Part shown: positions 11,208-24,648 of the stretch, piece after piece
How the letters are laid out: every line of letters begins with the position of its first letter
Position numbering within the stretch: the first letter of the stretch is position 1
Assembly (NCBI GenBank): GCA_001949185.1
Contig: BDGG01000012.1
Location: forward strand, 488,973 to 552,972
Source: Ramazzottius varieornatus
Taxonomy: Eukaryota; Animalia; Tardigrada
Direction: 5' to 3'
Length of the DNA: 64,000 nucleotides
Position numbers and translations under genes: made by a program
The notes under the pieces: generated by a model
Seen by the model: only the letters and a program-made list of their open reading frames with translations
The model's database searches: none
What the model was told of the DNA's origin: nothing

Positions 11208-13126
11208 ATGGACGCGAAGAACAAGATGGCCGATATGATGGGACGACTGGGCAAATCGCCCAAGGGAGTTGGTCTGGGAATGCAGCTGTTGATTGGAGCC
11301 GGTGGCTTAGCGTATGGCGTCTCCCAATCCATGTATACAGGTAAAGTATTACCATTCCCTTTCCTTCATGTGGATCCTCGCTTTACTTTCATGTCTCTGC
11401 AGTGGAAGGTGGTCATCGAGCCATAATCTTCAGTCGAATTGGTGGAGTTCAGAATGAGGTGTACGCTGAAGGACTACATTTCAGGTTTGATTGATCACAT
11501 TGTTTTTCTGCATTGCATCATTCCGATTCCCTTATACTCGACCATATTCATTCGTTTTCTGTCTGTCCGCAGAATTCCATGGCTTCAGTATCCCATCATC
11601 TACGATATCCGTTCCCGACCTCGGTCGATTTCATCACCCACCGGTAGCAAAGGTAACCTGATGATGGATGGGAGCTCGGCAAACAAATTCGACAAGATTG
11701 TTTTCCCAAGTGACGCATGTTTTCAGTGGCATCAGCTGACAGCTTCCACCACTTGGAACAACGGTCTAATCGAGTTCCCAAGTGACGCATGTTTTCGGCT
11801 TTATTGGCTGGAAGCGTGCGCCACTTGGACTACGATCTTGTTGCGTTTACTTGCCAACGTCCACGATATTTCGACCTGACAGTTTCTTCCTTGAATGGTC
11901 CATCTGAATCATCTTATATTCATCTTGTCTACAGATCTTCAAATGGTCAACATTAGCCTTCGTGTTTTGGCAAGACCGGACCAAGCTACCTTGCCTCGGT
12001 TATATCGACAATTAGGAACAGACTACGACGAGCGTGTCCTGCCTTCCATCTGTAACGAGGTCCTGAAGTCAGTCGTAGCCAAGTTCAACGCTGCCCAGCT
12101 AATCACGCAGCGTTCCCAGGTCCGGTTTATTTCTTTTCTCTGTCCGTGTCTAAGTAATCATCAGCCATTCTCTTCGTATTAAGGTGTCCCTGCTAGTCAG
12201 AAAGGAACTGACCCAGCGAGCCATGGACTTCAACATAATTCTCGACGACGTCGCCATCACGGACCTTAGCTTCGGCAAAGAATACACTGCTTCTGTCGAA
12301 TCCAAACAGGTATGAAAGCCGAATAGTTCGAGGATGTACGCAGTTTTGTCCATTCTAAACTCGTTTGTGTATTCCAGGTAGCGCAACAAGAGGCTCAACG
12401 AGCTCAGTTCCTCGTAGAAAAGGCCAAACAGGAACGACAGCAGAAGATCGTACAAGCTGAGGGGGAAGCCCAAGCAGCGTTGCTGGTAAGTTGTTATTCT
12501 CTGTAACCGTCGATTCGTTGATGGTCTGCAGGTTGGCTACGATGATAAACGATGGCACTTGTTTGTACTCGGCGAGTACTTACGACTCGAGCTGAGACTA
12601 GAATTTCGGACGCGTGAGTTTTCTTGGTGCTTGCTGGACTGCAAGCTTGCACCGTAATCCCTCACGTAAAGTAAGCTGGCAATGGTTCTCTTACGGCAGA
12701 CGGAAACGTTAAGCTCGTAGTTTTCCGCCTTTTAACTATTGTACATTTCTTAAATCATGTCCGAGTCGTCATGCTGTAGTCTTTGGTAATCTGAGCCGAT
12801 GGTGTCTTACTTCATGATCCTTCTCGGTGATACTCAGCCAGGCTTAACCTGACCACTCGTTTCCTTTTTTCCAGTTGGGTGATGCAGTATCCAAGAGCCC
12901 CGGTTACCTGAAGCTTCGAAAGATCCGAGCTGCTCAAAGCATTGCTCGAACGGTAAGCTACTTCTGCCGAAGTGGGCTGACCTTGGCTAAATTACCTTCC
13001 CCTTTTTCTTCGCAGATATCTCAGTCACAGAACCGTGCCTATTTGGATGCCAACTCTTTGATGCTGAACATCACTGATGTAGAATACGATCAAGGTACAC
13101 GGTCGATCATCGGCAAAAACAAATAG
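11208..13126 (+). CDS. PHB2: Prohibitin-2, 8 coding exons
   Basis: [77 protein letters not shown]. Confidence 0.97.
11670..11862. mobile_element. Intronic palindromic element (family A), dimer, PHB2 intron 3
   Basis: Two 47-bp cores start at 11708 and 11780 (72-bp period). Outer arm GGGAGCTCGGCAAACAAATTCGACAAGATTGTTTTCCC. Confidence 0.85.
12533..12799 (+). ncRNA. Composite box C/D-H/ACA scaRNA, U85/U89 (SCARNA10/12) type, predicted to guide U5 snRNA Cm45 and Psi46
   Basis: C box ACGATGA 12539-12545, D box CTGA 12791-12794, terminal stem TTGGC/GCCGA. D guide TCTTTGGTAA pairs U5 loop I with the +5 rule on C45. The inner hairpin (CGTGAG/CTCACG, GGTGC/GCACC) has pocket strands TCTT and GTAA, 14 nt before H box AAAGTA (12668-12673). 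A second hairpin is followed by ACA at 12743-12745. Confidence 0.9.
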
Positions 13127-13379
13127 TGATGCTGTTGTTTCCTTCTTTGGCATTGTGACTGTTTAATCGTCCAGTTTCACCTGGACTTCTTTGTTTTATT
13201 GCTTTTACCGCCCTGCCGTGTTACCCATGCCAAATATTCTGTAACTTCTTCCCTTCATGCGCTTTGTGTTAAAGGCTATTGGTTTACACATGAAGTTTCT
13301 GAAAAATGGAGAAAGTGAAGCGCGCGTCAGGTACAGGTTGAACAGACCACACGAAGTGACGAACAGTTCGCGAAATTTT

Positions 13380-14165
13380 TCATAGATATTTCGCATCCTT
13401 GTCTTTGGCTTGGCGAAGACCTTCCTCGATACCCGTCATGACAAGAGTCAGCACGGCATCCCAAGCTTCTATGTCGAATTCAGGTCCGCAAATTTTGACG
13501 AACAGTTCGTTCAGGTCATGTTGCAAAGCTTGGAAGTTTTCGGGAGCAAGTCCGCGAGACCGGTGGTTGGCACCTTGTCGAAGAAGTTCCGCTATGAGCT
13601 TCGGCGGATTGTCCAAGAGGATTAAAAACTGGCCCAACTTCTTCAGCACGATCGTTCCGTGGGCTTTCAGGCGAGGCGTTTGGGCTAATCTGCTCATATC
13701 GTTCTGCTTGAGAAACGGAAGTAACCCCATCCAATCTGGATGCTTACTGACATATCTATAGAAACATTCAGCATTCAGCTCGGGAGTGCCAGAATTCAGT
13801 TTTAAAGAACCAAATGGGAGACTGGTAAACGAGACGAACAGCATCGTTATCTCAACTGGCGCACGATCTCAGTGTGATGGGCTGGCAGCGTGCGCCACTT
13901 CAAAGTGCGAACTTGTCGAATTTCTAAGTGACGCACGTTCTCAGCATTATCGGCTGGAAAGAGCACGCCACTGAATATTGCAATCCTGATAGGTTTCGCT
14001 TGCCGGTCTCTCAAAATTAATCATCCCTTACGCAACAAAGAGTTCCAGGCCATATTCAGGTAAACGCTTCTCAATGAGTTTCCAGTTATGCCGAACGGCA
14101 CGAATGTGGTTCTTCGTCAGGCCAGTCTGTGGATCGGGAATATCCCTGGCTACACAATTTCCCAT
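13380..14165 (-). CDS. Globin with N-terminal acylation motif (MGNC); exons 14165-14032, 13755-13380
   Basis: Globin pattern GLT...VRHNW, LFVAYVSKHP, LKAHG (distal His), GANHRSRG (proximal His), AWDAVL. Single phase-2 intron at about the classical B12.2 site. Confidence 0.92.
13816..14012. mobile_element. Family A element, dimer, globin intron
   Basis: Cores at 13854 and 13926 (72-bp period). Ends GGGAGACTGGTAAAC / GCTTGCCGGTCTCTC. Confidence 0.85.
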
Positions 14166-14655
14166 CGATTTATATCGAAAGACAGACCCAAACCAGAGTT
14201 CAGGACAAATGAACACAGAGTAATATCAAGGTAAGCAGACAGTAGAACAGTAGCAAGTGACCATTACTTCCACCGCTCCAATAAATTCCAGTCCTGAAGA
14301 CCTCAACCTTAGTACACTTCGAAGTCGACAGGGAATATGGTGTAAATTTAATGATTCCAAAAACAGTCCGGGAAAAATTCACCTGACAACATCACATTCG
14401 ACGAGCATCGCACAGTGAACAAATTCGTTCACGAGCAGACCAAGATCAAAAAGGAACGTAAAGTGTGGGTTAAAACTTTGAGATTCTGGAGAACGAAGTT
14501 CAAAAGTCGTGTGAAAACACAGGTAGTTGAAATACTGTGCTAGTCAACAGAGATTCAGCTTTTCTTCCTCGTTGAGAAGGATCAAGTTGCCACAGATACA
14601 TTTCCACACATGAGAAACAGGAACGACTTCCGGGTAACAGGAACTCATCTGTCAG

Positions 14656-16554
14656 CTAGCTTCCGCCCTTTGGACGTAACCCACGCCAAGCCGCATACCC
14701 TTCGTAGAAAAGAGCAATAAAAACGAGAACGACACCAAAGACACCCACTGGAGGAACCACATGGCCAAAGAAGAAGCAAGAGAGCGGAACAGCAATGGCC
14801 TGTCGGACTGTCATGATCGTTGTGAATACTGCGGCCCCGAAGAGCCCAATCGTTGTGTAAATGAACAACTGCCCCACAGTCTGACACAAGGACGACACTA
14901 GGACATCCCGAAAGAAGTCGGGATGACGGAATGCAAACCGAAAGCTGGAGATGAAACCTCCCTGTTCGATCAAACTGATACCGGCCAGAATCACAGAGAA
15001 GAAGTTGATGCCATACATCATCTGCATGGACGTCAGACCCGCGTGCCCGTCCTTCTTAGACTCTTTCTTCAGCTGCTCTTGCCAGGTCGAGGTGAAGCTG
15101 TCGAAGACGATGTAGCCTACGAGGACCGCGGTACCGAGAACGCTGGAAATCAGGTTGCTGTTAGATGTATTCCCGTCCCAGCGAGAGTATAGGAATATCG
15201 ACATCCCAACTGTTATCAAGCCTGCGCTTAGGTACTGGCCGAGTGGGTAAACTTTCCCACTGACCACTTTTCCCATCAGCATCACTATAAAGAGAGGCAC
15301 TGACTCAGAAGGAGATTTCATGATTAGCACCAAGACAAACAAATTCGGCCAGTTTGTTTCTCCAAGTGGCGCACGCTTCGGGCCAATAACATCGAAAACA
15401 TGCGCCACCCAGGCAACAGCCGTGTCCAGTTCATTTGTGAAGCTCCTAAATTTCATTCGCTGAATTATTCTAAGTCCAAATATTAAGAAATTCATACCTG
15501 GGATAATTTTGGATGCTTTAGCGAGGACTTGCGTGGGGAAGCTGACGTACTTCAACGCTTCGTACTGGAACCATGAGCTCATGACATTCGAGAACGACGC
15601 GAAGGAGAACTTGTAGAACGGAACTCGAAGGACTGGTTGTCGCTTCCATGTGACAAACATGTAAGTACCGCTAAACAACAGCGCCATGACACGGTTCATG
15701 AATACTAAAAACTGCGAGTCTTCAAAGCGTTCCCCATCGTAAGGGCGGGTAAGGAACCTCTCTTGGAGGAAACCCCAGCGTAGAAAAAGGACCTGGAGAC
15801 CCAGGAAGCAGATGACAAACTGCAGCCATCGTGGCATCCTCGACCAGAATCCTTCACGCTTCGTAGCTAACGATGGTTGATGTAGGTGGGCCATGCTGAG
15901 GTCTTGTCGTTCAGCAAAGCAGAAGCGCTGCAGGGCAGACCAATAACCTGTTCAAATTATAAACACAGTCAACTTAGGTAAACCTGCTAACGTAAACCGA
16001 AAGCATGGGGTGTAGCAAGGTATGATACCACGCAGTCAAGTTTGGCCGCAACGACGTCACAGCGGACCAACCCCTTTGACGTCCTACACCATACATCGAT
16101 TAACAAGCAAGCACGAAGGCAAAGCTAAAAAAACTATGGCCTGTGACCGTCTGTCCGAATGCGGGTTTAGCTTACCTGTTTCATCGTAGATCGTTCCTCT
16201 CCGAGCAGAGTACCGAGCTCTAATGACATATCCCGGGACGAGTACCGTAGCGAACGCGATTAGATTTATAGTAAGGTGATGCAGTAGGGAGGACGGAGGA
16301 ACAACAGCCTTTGCTCTACCGTCAGTCAGTTTCTCGACCCTGTCTTCGATGCTCAGGTCAAAATGTTGACCGTTCTCTTTACCCGACGCCATCGAAGGCT
16401 CTGCATTCCCGAATTCTTCACCGAGATCATGTGCAGAAAATATGCCCACCTGAGCAAGCTCTGAAATCGCTGCTGACGGCCCCAGAAGAACAACAAGAAT
16501 GATGCCTACAGGTAGGCATACGTACGTCGTCTGTGTAGGATAAATAAGCGCCAT
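14656..16554 (-). CDS. SLC35B2: PAPS transporter 1 (UAA family), multi-exon
   Basis: WGFLQERFLT, DSQFLVFMNR, SNVMSSWFQYEALKYVSFPTQVLAKASKIIP, FDSFTSTWQ, GAAVFTTIMTVRQ. The intron at ~15287-15497 reads through in the ORF track. Confidence 0.93.
15326..15446. mobile_element. Family A element, monomer, SLC35B2 intron
   Basis: 47-bp core AAGTGGCGCACG...CATGCGCCACCC from 15364, with family arms. Confidence 0.85.
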
Positions 16555-17408
16555 CGTAGTTCATCTTCCGGCGCTGGACATTTTAACACAGAATCTGCAG
16601 CAACAAGAAACTATAAGGTCAGATGATCGACACTATGGACAGGATCCCGTCCAGCATGTTACGAGAAGTTGGACAAAACGACATCGAGATAACCCATCCG
16701 TCCTCCAGCGCCATCATACCACCGATGCTCGCATGGTATGGTGGTCAACCCAGAAGCTCTACCACAAACCCAGGATCGTGTGAACTGTAGGGAGACTCAG
16801 GCAGCTGGGATAAGAAGACTGGCCTTCGGTCTGAATTCTGGAACAGGGAGTAGATACTATTCAAAATTCAAATTAAGTTTGAAAACTTCTTTCGTTCGGA
16901 TGGCATTGCTTAGTCGTGCTTAGTTCAATCAGCAATCAAGGCTTCGCCAAGTTTGATCGAGATTCGAGATGAACGGTATACACCAGACAGAAAACGTGAC
17001 GGTAACGAAGCCATGTGACAAGAAGCACCTATAGCACCCTTAACAGCTGCTTGACTGATACAGTACGAAACACGTGGTCCAAATCATGTGTACGTCACTG
17101 CACTGTGTTTGTTTCTTCGCTCTGATATGTTACTTCGGTCTGGATTCTGATTAATTCTATTTTCATCCAGAAAACAATTCAGATCTTCCGATCACACTTA
17201 GTCCAGATCTGCTGACCTTCATACTTCCTTCTCTTCGAAGTCATCTTTCTGTTGCTTGGTTGAAACGGTAAGCTCGCTGGTGTGGGATGCAGTCTCGTAC
17301 ACTGCTGTGACAGTGACAGAATCGATTAGAGCTGTCGCTGTGTAATATTTCTTCCTGTGTGCAGGTGCTGTGTTCTCATCCTCATCGTCGCATCCCCGAA
17401 ACCTCACA

Positions 17409-18797
<1,389 letters not shown>

Positions 18798-19704
18798 ACT
18801 CTTCGCTCAGATTAGTCTTGCTCGGATATTTGAAGATTAAGTAATTGTTCTATATTCGATTTCCGTTTATTTTATTGTCTAGCCACACTGGGTTTTTATG
18901 GCGTTTGTGCAGCATCATTATGTAGTTTTCCTTCCGGTTAGAGTTGCGTCATGTGAGCGAATGTATCAGTGTCTTTCCTTGGTTATTCCCCAGTGATGTA
19001 AATCATCGAGCTCATCATATTCGGAAATTCCTTCCTGTTCCAGTTGACATTTCCACCGTGGAATTTGTCGAGTAGACGAGCATGTTACTTCCTTATTAAA
19101 TAATCAGTTGGTATTCCATGCCAAACGAGTGTTCGTTACGTGACAGGAAAGAACTCGCGTCAGATAAGCATTTCTTCAGCTTGCTTCAAGAGTAAAAAAC
19201 GAAAAACACAGAAACATCTCGTGCCACATAAGCTCGGAGTTACCGTGAAAAACTTCAAAAGCTAAGAACTAAAAGAGAAAAAGCTATACAACCAAAGAAA
19301 TATGCAACAGCCGAAAAAATTTGTGGCATTCTATCAAACCGGAAATTTTCGCAAAATACAGCTGGCCGATATCACAAGAGGAAAAACATCCGTGTTTTGA
19401 AAGGATGAGGTTCATTTGAATCTATCATAGACCGCGAACGTATGCTACACTATGTACAGAACATCTACAAAGCGGGCGAAGCTTGTGGTTCATCGACGAT
19501 GGATACGCGATCCCCGGAAGACGATAGGGGCTTGTGACGAATGAGTCGGAAGGAGCCGGTCGTTCATCGTTCAACGCACGAGACTGAGAGTTAGAGATCC
19601 TTCGCGTCAGTGTACAAATTTGGTTTATTTCGCCTGCGTGCAAGAAAGTGCGTTCTCTGCAGAAAAAAGCTTATCACCGGAAGGCTCCCACCCAGGCCAT
19701 TCCC

Positions 19705-22572
19705 CTATCGACTTCGCGCGTCCTCATCCACCACGTTCCATCCTGCAGTTGACAGAGAACATTAACAACGGATATTCCGAGGTTTCCAACACTTACGGGA
19801 TTGAGTTCCCCGTCGAGATTTGATCACGTACCGTTATCTTTGATCATGTGAATCAGCTCAATGACGAACTTGCCTTCCTTGTACTTTTGCCCAGCTTCAT
19901 AAGCTGTTTCCTGCAGAGAGATTAACACTTAATTAACCCCATCACGTGAGCTGGCGTGGTACTTCGACCCTGGAGGTTGCTCGAAGGACTTGGCAAACTT
20001 CATCAGGCTCAAATTAGCATCTGGGGAGACTACATTGCGCCAGCAACTGAAACCGGAAAGCAATGCGCTCCACGCGCAACCATGAAACCACCAACAAGGG
20101 AGTGCGATTTTGGCAAGCCGTGCGTGCCAATCAAGGTTTATCTTTCAGCTCAGCGGATGGCACTGTACGGCTTGCCAAGTCACTGTTTCTTCTCGTACAA
20201 CTTGGCAAGGAGCTGAGCCAGCAAACTCAACAAGATTGTTTTCCCAAGTGGCGCAAGTTTCCATTGTTGTCGCCTATAAGCGTGCGCCACTTAAAAAAAG
20301 TTTCTAGTCGAGTTTGTTTGTCGAGCTTCCATATGGTTTCTCAGCTTTCTTCAGCTCGAAACCCACGAAAATTCCTTTACGGCGCTCGAAACCCACGTCA
20401 GACCTGATGAAGTTCACAGAGGCGGCTGGAGGTATTAAAAAGGTCCGCAATTCGGCCGTTTTTCTACAAAATTTTCAGGGATTATCAGTCAAGGTTGTGC
20501 CGAGCACGGACCTGACAAGTAACTTCGTAGAAAAAGGCCAAATTGCGGGCCTTTTTTATGTCTGCAGCCGCCTCTAAAAGTTCATATCGCTCGATAAAGG
20601 GGTGATTTCTGAGGTGAAACCTACGTATTTCCATCCAAGTGTCCTCTTACAGCAGCCGCAGTAGACATCCGCCACTGAATGGAGGCCCGTTAAGAGCACT
20701 CGCTCCTCCGCTTGGCCGGTGGCAACATTGACCCTGTTAACGACAAGAAAAGAAGCACATGAATAGAAGGTACCTGGTGGATATCGACCAGCAGGGACAT
20801 TGAAGTGCGCTTTGTGGTCCTCATATTTCGCTTGTTGATTAGGCGCTATTCATGCGGAAAGCATCAACGGTAAAGTGGAAGATATGGATGCCAAGATTGC
20901 TGGCGCTATTTGTAGTCAATTATATACTTACACGTTGTTGAACAGGTACGCCCGGCCTTGGCTGCCTTGGAAGGACTGCAAAAGAGTGAAAAACACAGTC
21001 TTCAATCAACGCCTCTTCTGTTTATTCTATACTGTGAATACGGTCAGATTAGCCATGAGGCAAGAGTCAAGATTTTTAATGAGGAAGGAAGTTCAAGAGT
21101 GTCAGGTTCTCGGCTTTCTGCTCTCGAGCAAGGTCTCGTCAACGTGCGGAGAAGATTTAACATCCCTCGCAGTTTATTGACTCGGCCAAAGGCTCAAATC
21201 AAGCCGATCAACTTTCCGATAACCAGAAAACTTTCGGGTTTGTAAACAGTAGGATTCGAACCACCTCGTCCTCTGCCCAGTCGCTCGAGTCTCGACTAGT
21301 CCAATAGACCCATGTGGAACAGACGAGCTCCGCTCTTTCAGACTTTCTTTAGTTAGTTATGCCTCCGAAGAAGCCTCCAAAAATTCATTACGGCTCATTG
21401 CGGCTCCTCCACACGGTTTTCTTTAGTAAAAGGCGAAAGAAAATCACGATATGTGGAGAAACCAGAGCATGCCTCCGAACAGGCCGAGGTGCCATCATAT
21501 AGCCATCCGTCGATGTGAACGCTGAACCGATAACAGTTTGTTGGAGCCGAAAAATTCGACTAAACCATGATTCTTTGTTCGGTAAGGCTTACTTTATTCG
21601 GAAGAAGAGTTCAAGGCCCACATTTTGACGTTGTGACTATGATTGTGCTCTCAATTCTAAACAAAGGAGAAGATGCTCAGCGGAATTATGGTTTTAGGAA
21701 GAACGTCACGAGTGACGAGTGGCACATAGTGGCCATATTGGGCTGACGTCAGGCGGTTCGAACTGAGCGTTCGTTCCCTGCTGATCTGTTCACCTCTGTG
21801 CGCGTGATGCGCGGTCTGTGTCGCAGAGCTTTATCTCTCCGCAACTTCGATCGCTGCTCTGGATAGATATGCGCCACACGGAAAAAGAGGTTAGGATAAT
21901 TCAAGCGAATGACATTTCACTGGTCTCAAGTGCCTTTGTGTGGCATCAAAACTCCAAAAGGCACGAAATATGTGACGGGAACAAATTGCAAAAATGTCTG
22001 CGTGAAGGGACACCTGCCTGCATAGTGCATGCACTTCAATGCATGTCCCGCACATGCTGGTTCAGCGAGACACTCGACAGCTGTTTGGAATTTGGAGGTT
22101 TCTGATGACGGAAAACATGCAACATCGAACCACTGCTTCACCTACAGTCCCCCAAACGCTGAACCGACAGAGAGCAGAGAACAAAGAGCCCAAGAGAAAA
22201 GGGACTCTGCCAAATGATTTGACCCCTGAAGCGGCGCACGTGTGCGTTGTCATTGGTTGGCTGATCGCGCCAGTTGGGAAAGCGCTCTGGTCGAGCTCCC
22301 AAGTATACCGGACATTCTTAGTGTCATTGGCTGCGAGCATGCGCCAATTAGAAAAGCGATCCGGGTCAATTAATTAGCCGATGCTCGATAGTCTCCCCCA
22401 AAAACCCGCGCACTGAATCTCGGAGACCCACGGAAAGAAGCATCAGGACAGAGTTATAGTCGATGAAGTTTACCTTGGAGATGAGATCGTCGTGTACGGC
22501 AAGATGAGCTCTACAGTGGATGCAACTGTAGGTTTTCAGGGACTTTGTCAAATAGGCCTGGAAGGTCTTCAT
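19705..22572 (-). CDS. YPEL: Yippee-like zinc-binding protein (YPEL1/2 type), 5 coding exons
   Basis: Spliced: MKTFQAYL...[19 protein letters not shown]|[15 protein letters not shown]|VNV...[27 protein letters not shown]|[27 protein letters not shown]|[11 protein letters not shown]. Confidence 0.95.
20209..20330. mobile_element. Family A element, monomer, YPEL intron 3
   Basis: CAAGATTGTTTTCCC-AAGTGGCGCA...GCGTGCGCCACTT (47-bp core from 20246)...GTTTGTTTGTCGAGCTTCC. Confidence 0.87.
22201..22387. mobile_element. Family A element, degenerate dimer, YPEL intron 1
   Basis: Cores at 22229 and 22301 (72-bp period). Linker GGGAAAGCGCTCTGGTCGAGCTCCC. Confidence 0.75.
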
Positions 22573-24539
22573 CTTCCTCCCTCTTCTCCGCGATCAATGT
22601 TTGAATTCCTTTGTCCGACGGGAAAATCCAATATGTCTAGGTTCAATATTGCTCGATAAAACAGGCGATAATTGTGGTTCGATATCCAACGCGAAGCATC
22701 ATCGATTCATCATGCACTGGCCTGCAAAGCACAATGGAACCTTTGCGATATGCACCTGCGAAGCAAAAATATACAGTGGTGCTTTAAAATTACGGCTAAG
22801 CGCTAAATTTAGTCGGTCGGGGAAAACCAAAACAAACGAGTTTGTAATGAACTCATCGACTTTTACCGTGGCGATAATGGTGAGAGGCTCTTTATGTCGA
22901 GCATCGAGCAGCGATGTTGGCAGGTTTTCAAATCTGCTGCACGATGCCGTCAGACGTCAGCCCAGCCAATCAGCTCTTCGAATGCAGCATAGATCCCAAG
23001 AGATGCAAGAACGACAGAGAGTCGCTAAGGAAGTTAGTGGCGCCCGAATACGGTATCGAGATGCATGAACAACGGATGCTACTTTCAGTCAAGATTGAAG
23101 GAAGAAAACGATCGTAAAACTTTCCTCCACTAATTTCGTTCTTGTTCAACGCGGGTGTCCTTCTTCAACTTCGTCTTTTTTCCTACCATCTGTGCTGTGT
23201 GTTGGCACAAGTCTACTTGATCGCGGCATATCACATGACTGACGTCATGGCCTTTACGGGCACACTTGCCGCTTTCACATTTTGACATTTTGTATTCAAC
23301 TCCTGCCATATTTCAGCTTTCCGGCCATCGCGTTCAGCTCTACGAGGTGGGACCAACACCTACAGCTTTGGTCCAAGTTGTAGCCAGTCCAATTGGTATA
23401 CTGGAAAAGAGGCTGATCCTCAGCCACACGCTGCCCCGCCCACTTCCGCACAGCTGATCAATATTTCTGTGCCATTCGAAGCACTGCGACCGCGCATCTC
23501 TCTCGGGCGATATGAAGCTAATCCAAGGCCTTTCTGTTGACGGCTGACGAGTAGGCGACACGAACAACGAGCTCTTCGATTGGAAAGTAAGCCAAGTGGA
23601 GAGTCACATGCAAACGAATGAAAAAGCGGTCAAATAATTGCGGAGATTAATGCGCTTAGAGTCTTCCTTTCTTGTCACGAGTTTGCTGGTCCCCTGCATC
23701 AGGGCCTGTCGGATGCAATTTTCGAAACTAGTCCACCCAGTAGATGTACGTGAATTGCAGCTGGATGTGGGAAAGAGTAGTGCGGGATCGCTGCACTGAT
23801 ATTTTTTCTAATGGATGACAGATCGAACCGGCGTCGTCGTCGTTGCGCCGGTTGATAGGCTTGTCCCAGTTTGAATACCATCTAAAGCTAGCTCGATATG
23901 TCGGTCTTAAATGGCGGGTAGAATAGCAAACGATCCTACACAAAGAAATGCTTCTCCGTGTGCCAGTTTGAGTTCATTTCCTTTATGGACATTCCCCAGT
24001 TTGAAGTTCTTTGAGTAAGCTGAACCTTGGTTTATGTATACGCCCTGGAAGAGGTGCCGCATGTACAATACGTATTTCACGCCGTTTTGATGATACAGAC
24101 CATAAATATTATGCGACTATTATATGCGGAACCACCTTTGCAGTTGAGATTGACATGACTGACTTGCCTTTGGCATACTCTTTAGCTGCTTCAAAATTGT
24201 GAACTACCGATCGAATGGGACAAGACTGGTCCGGGTCCGTGTAAAAAAGACTGGCCAACTAGCCGAATCTGCTGTTTTGCGTTTAGTAAATACAGTACTT
24301 CACCCACAATCCGGGGAGTCTTTTTCCACGCACCCGGACTCAACCCTGTCTCACTGCATCTGTAGTATAAAGTACGTTTACCTTTGCACTCTCGTGTAAA
24401 GATTAGAGACCTCGAAAAACCCTGACCGAGTTTTTCCTTTAGCCAAATGCTGTACACAAAATTGACACTTCACTTTCATTGTCATCAAATATACGCACAC
24501 ATATCCATAGATTTGGCCATCATTCAAATATGCAGTTTG

Positions 24540-24573
24540 TTTCAACTATGCACTGATTTCAACTATGCACTGA
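24540..24573. repeat. Perfect tandem duplication, 17 bp x 2
   Basis: TTTCAACTATGCACTGA repeated twice. Confidence 0.9.
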
Positions 24574-24648
24574 ATTTCCCCGAATATATCGTGTCAATTG
24601 TTCTTTAGTTTGTCTGTTTATTTTCTCTATGCTTTTTTGCATGTAAAT

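Noticed and set aside
11708-11826. CRISPR-like or REP-like reading of the palindromic repeats
   Set aside because: Eukaryotic intronic context, at most two units, homologous rather than unique linkers, and no cas or HUH transposase gene in the window.
11658-11879. Apparent C box (CTGATGA) and D box (CTGA) in PHB2 intron 3
   Set aside because: The space between them is almost entirely the family A dimer, with no guide or terminal stem.
21245-21315. tRNA-like B box (GGTTCGAATCC on the minus strand) with a weak A box
   Set aside because: The T stem and acceptor stem do not pair. At most a decayed tRNA or SINE fragment.
23300-24500. Possible gene between YPEL and the SANBR-like gene
   Set aside because: Only scattered splice-like sites and short ORFs without motifs; cannot be supported.
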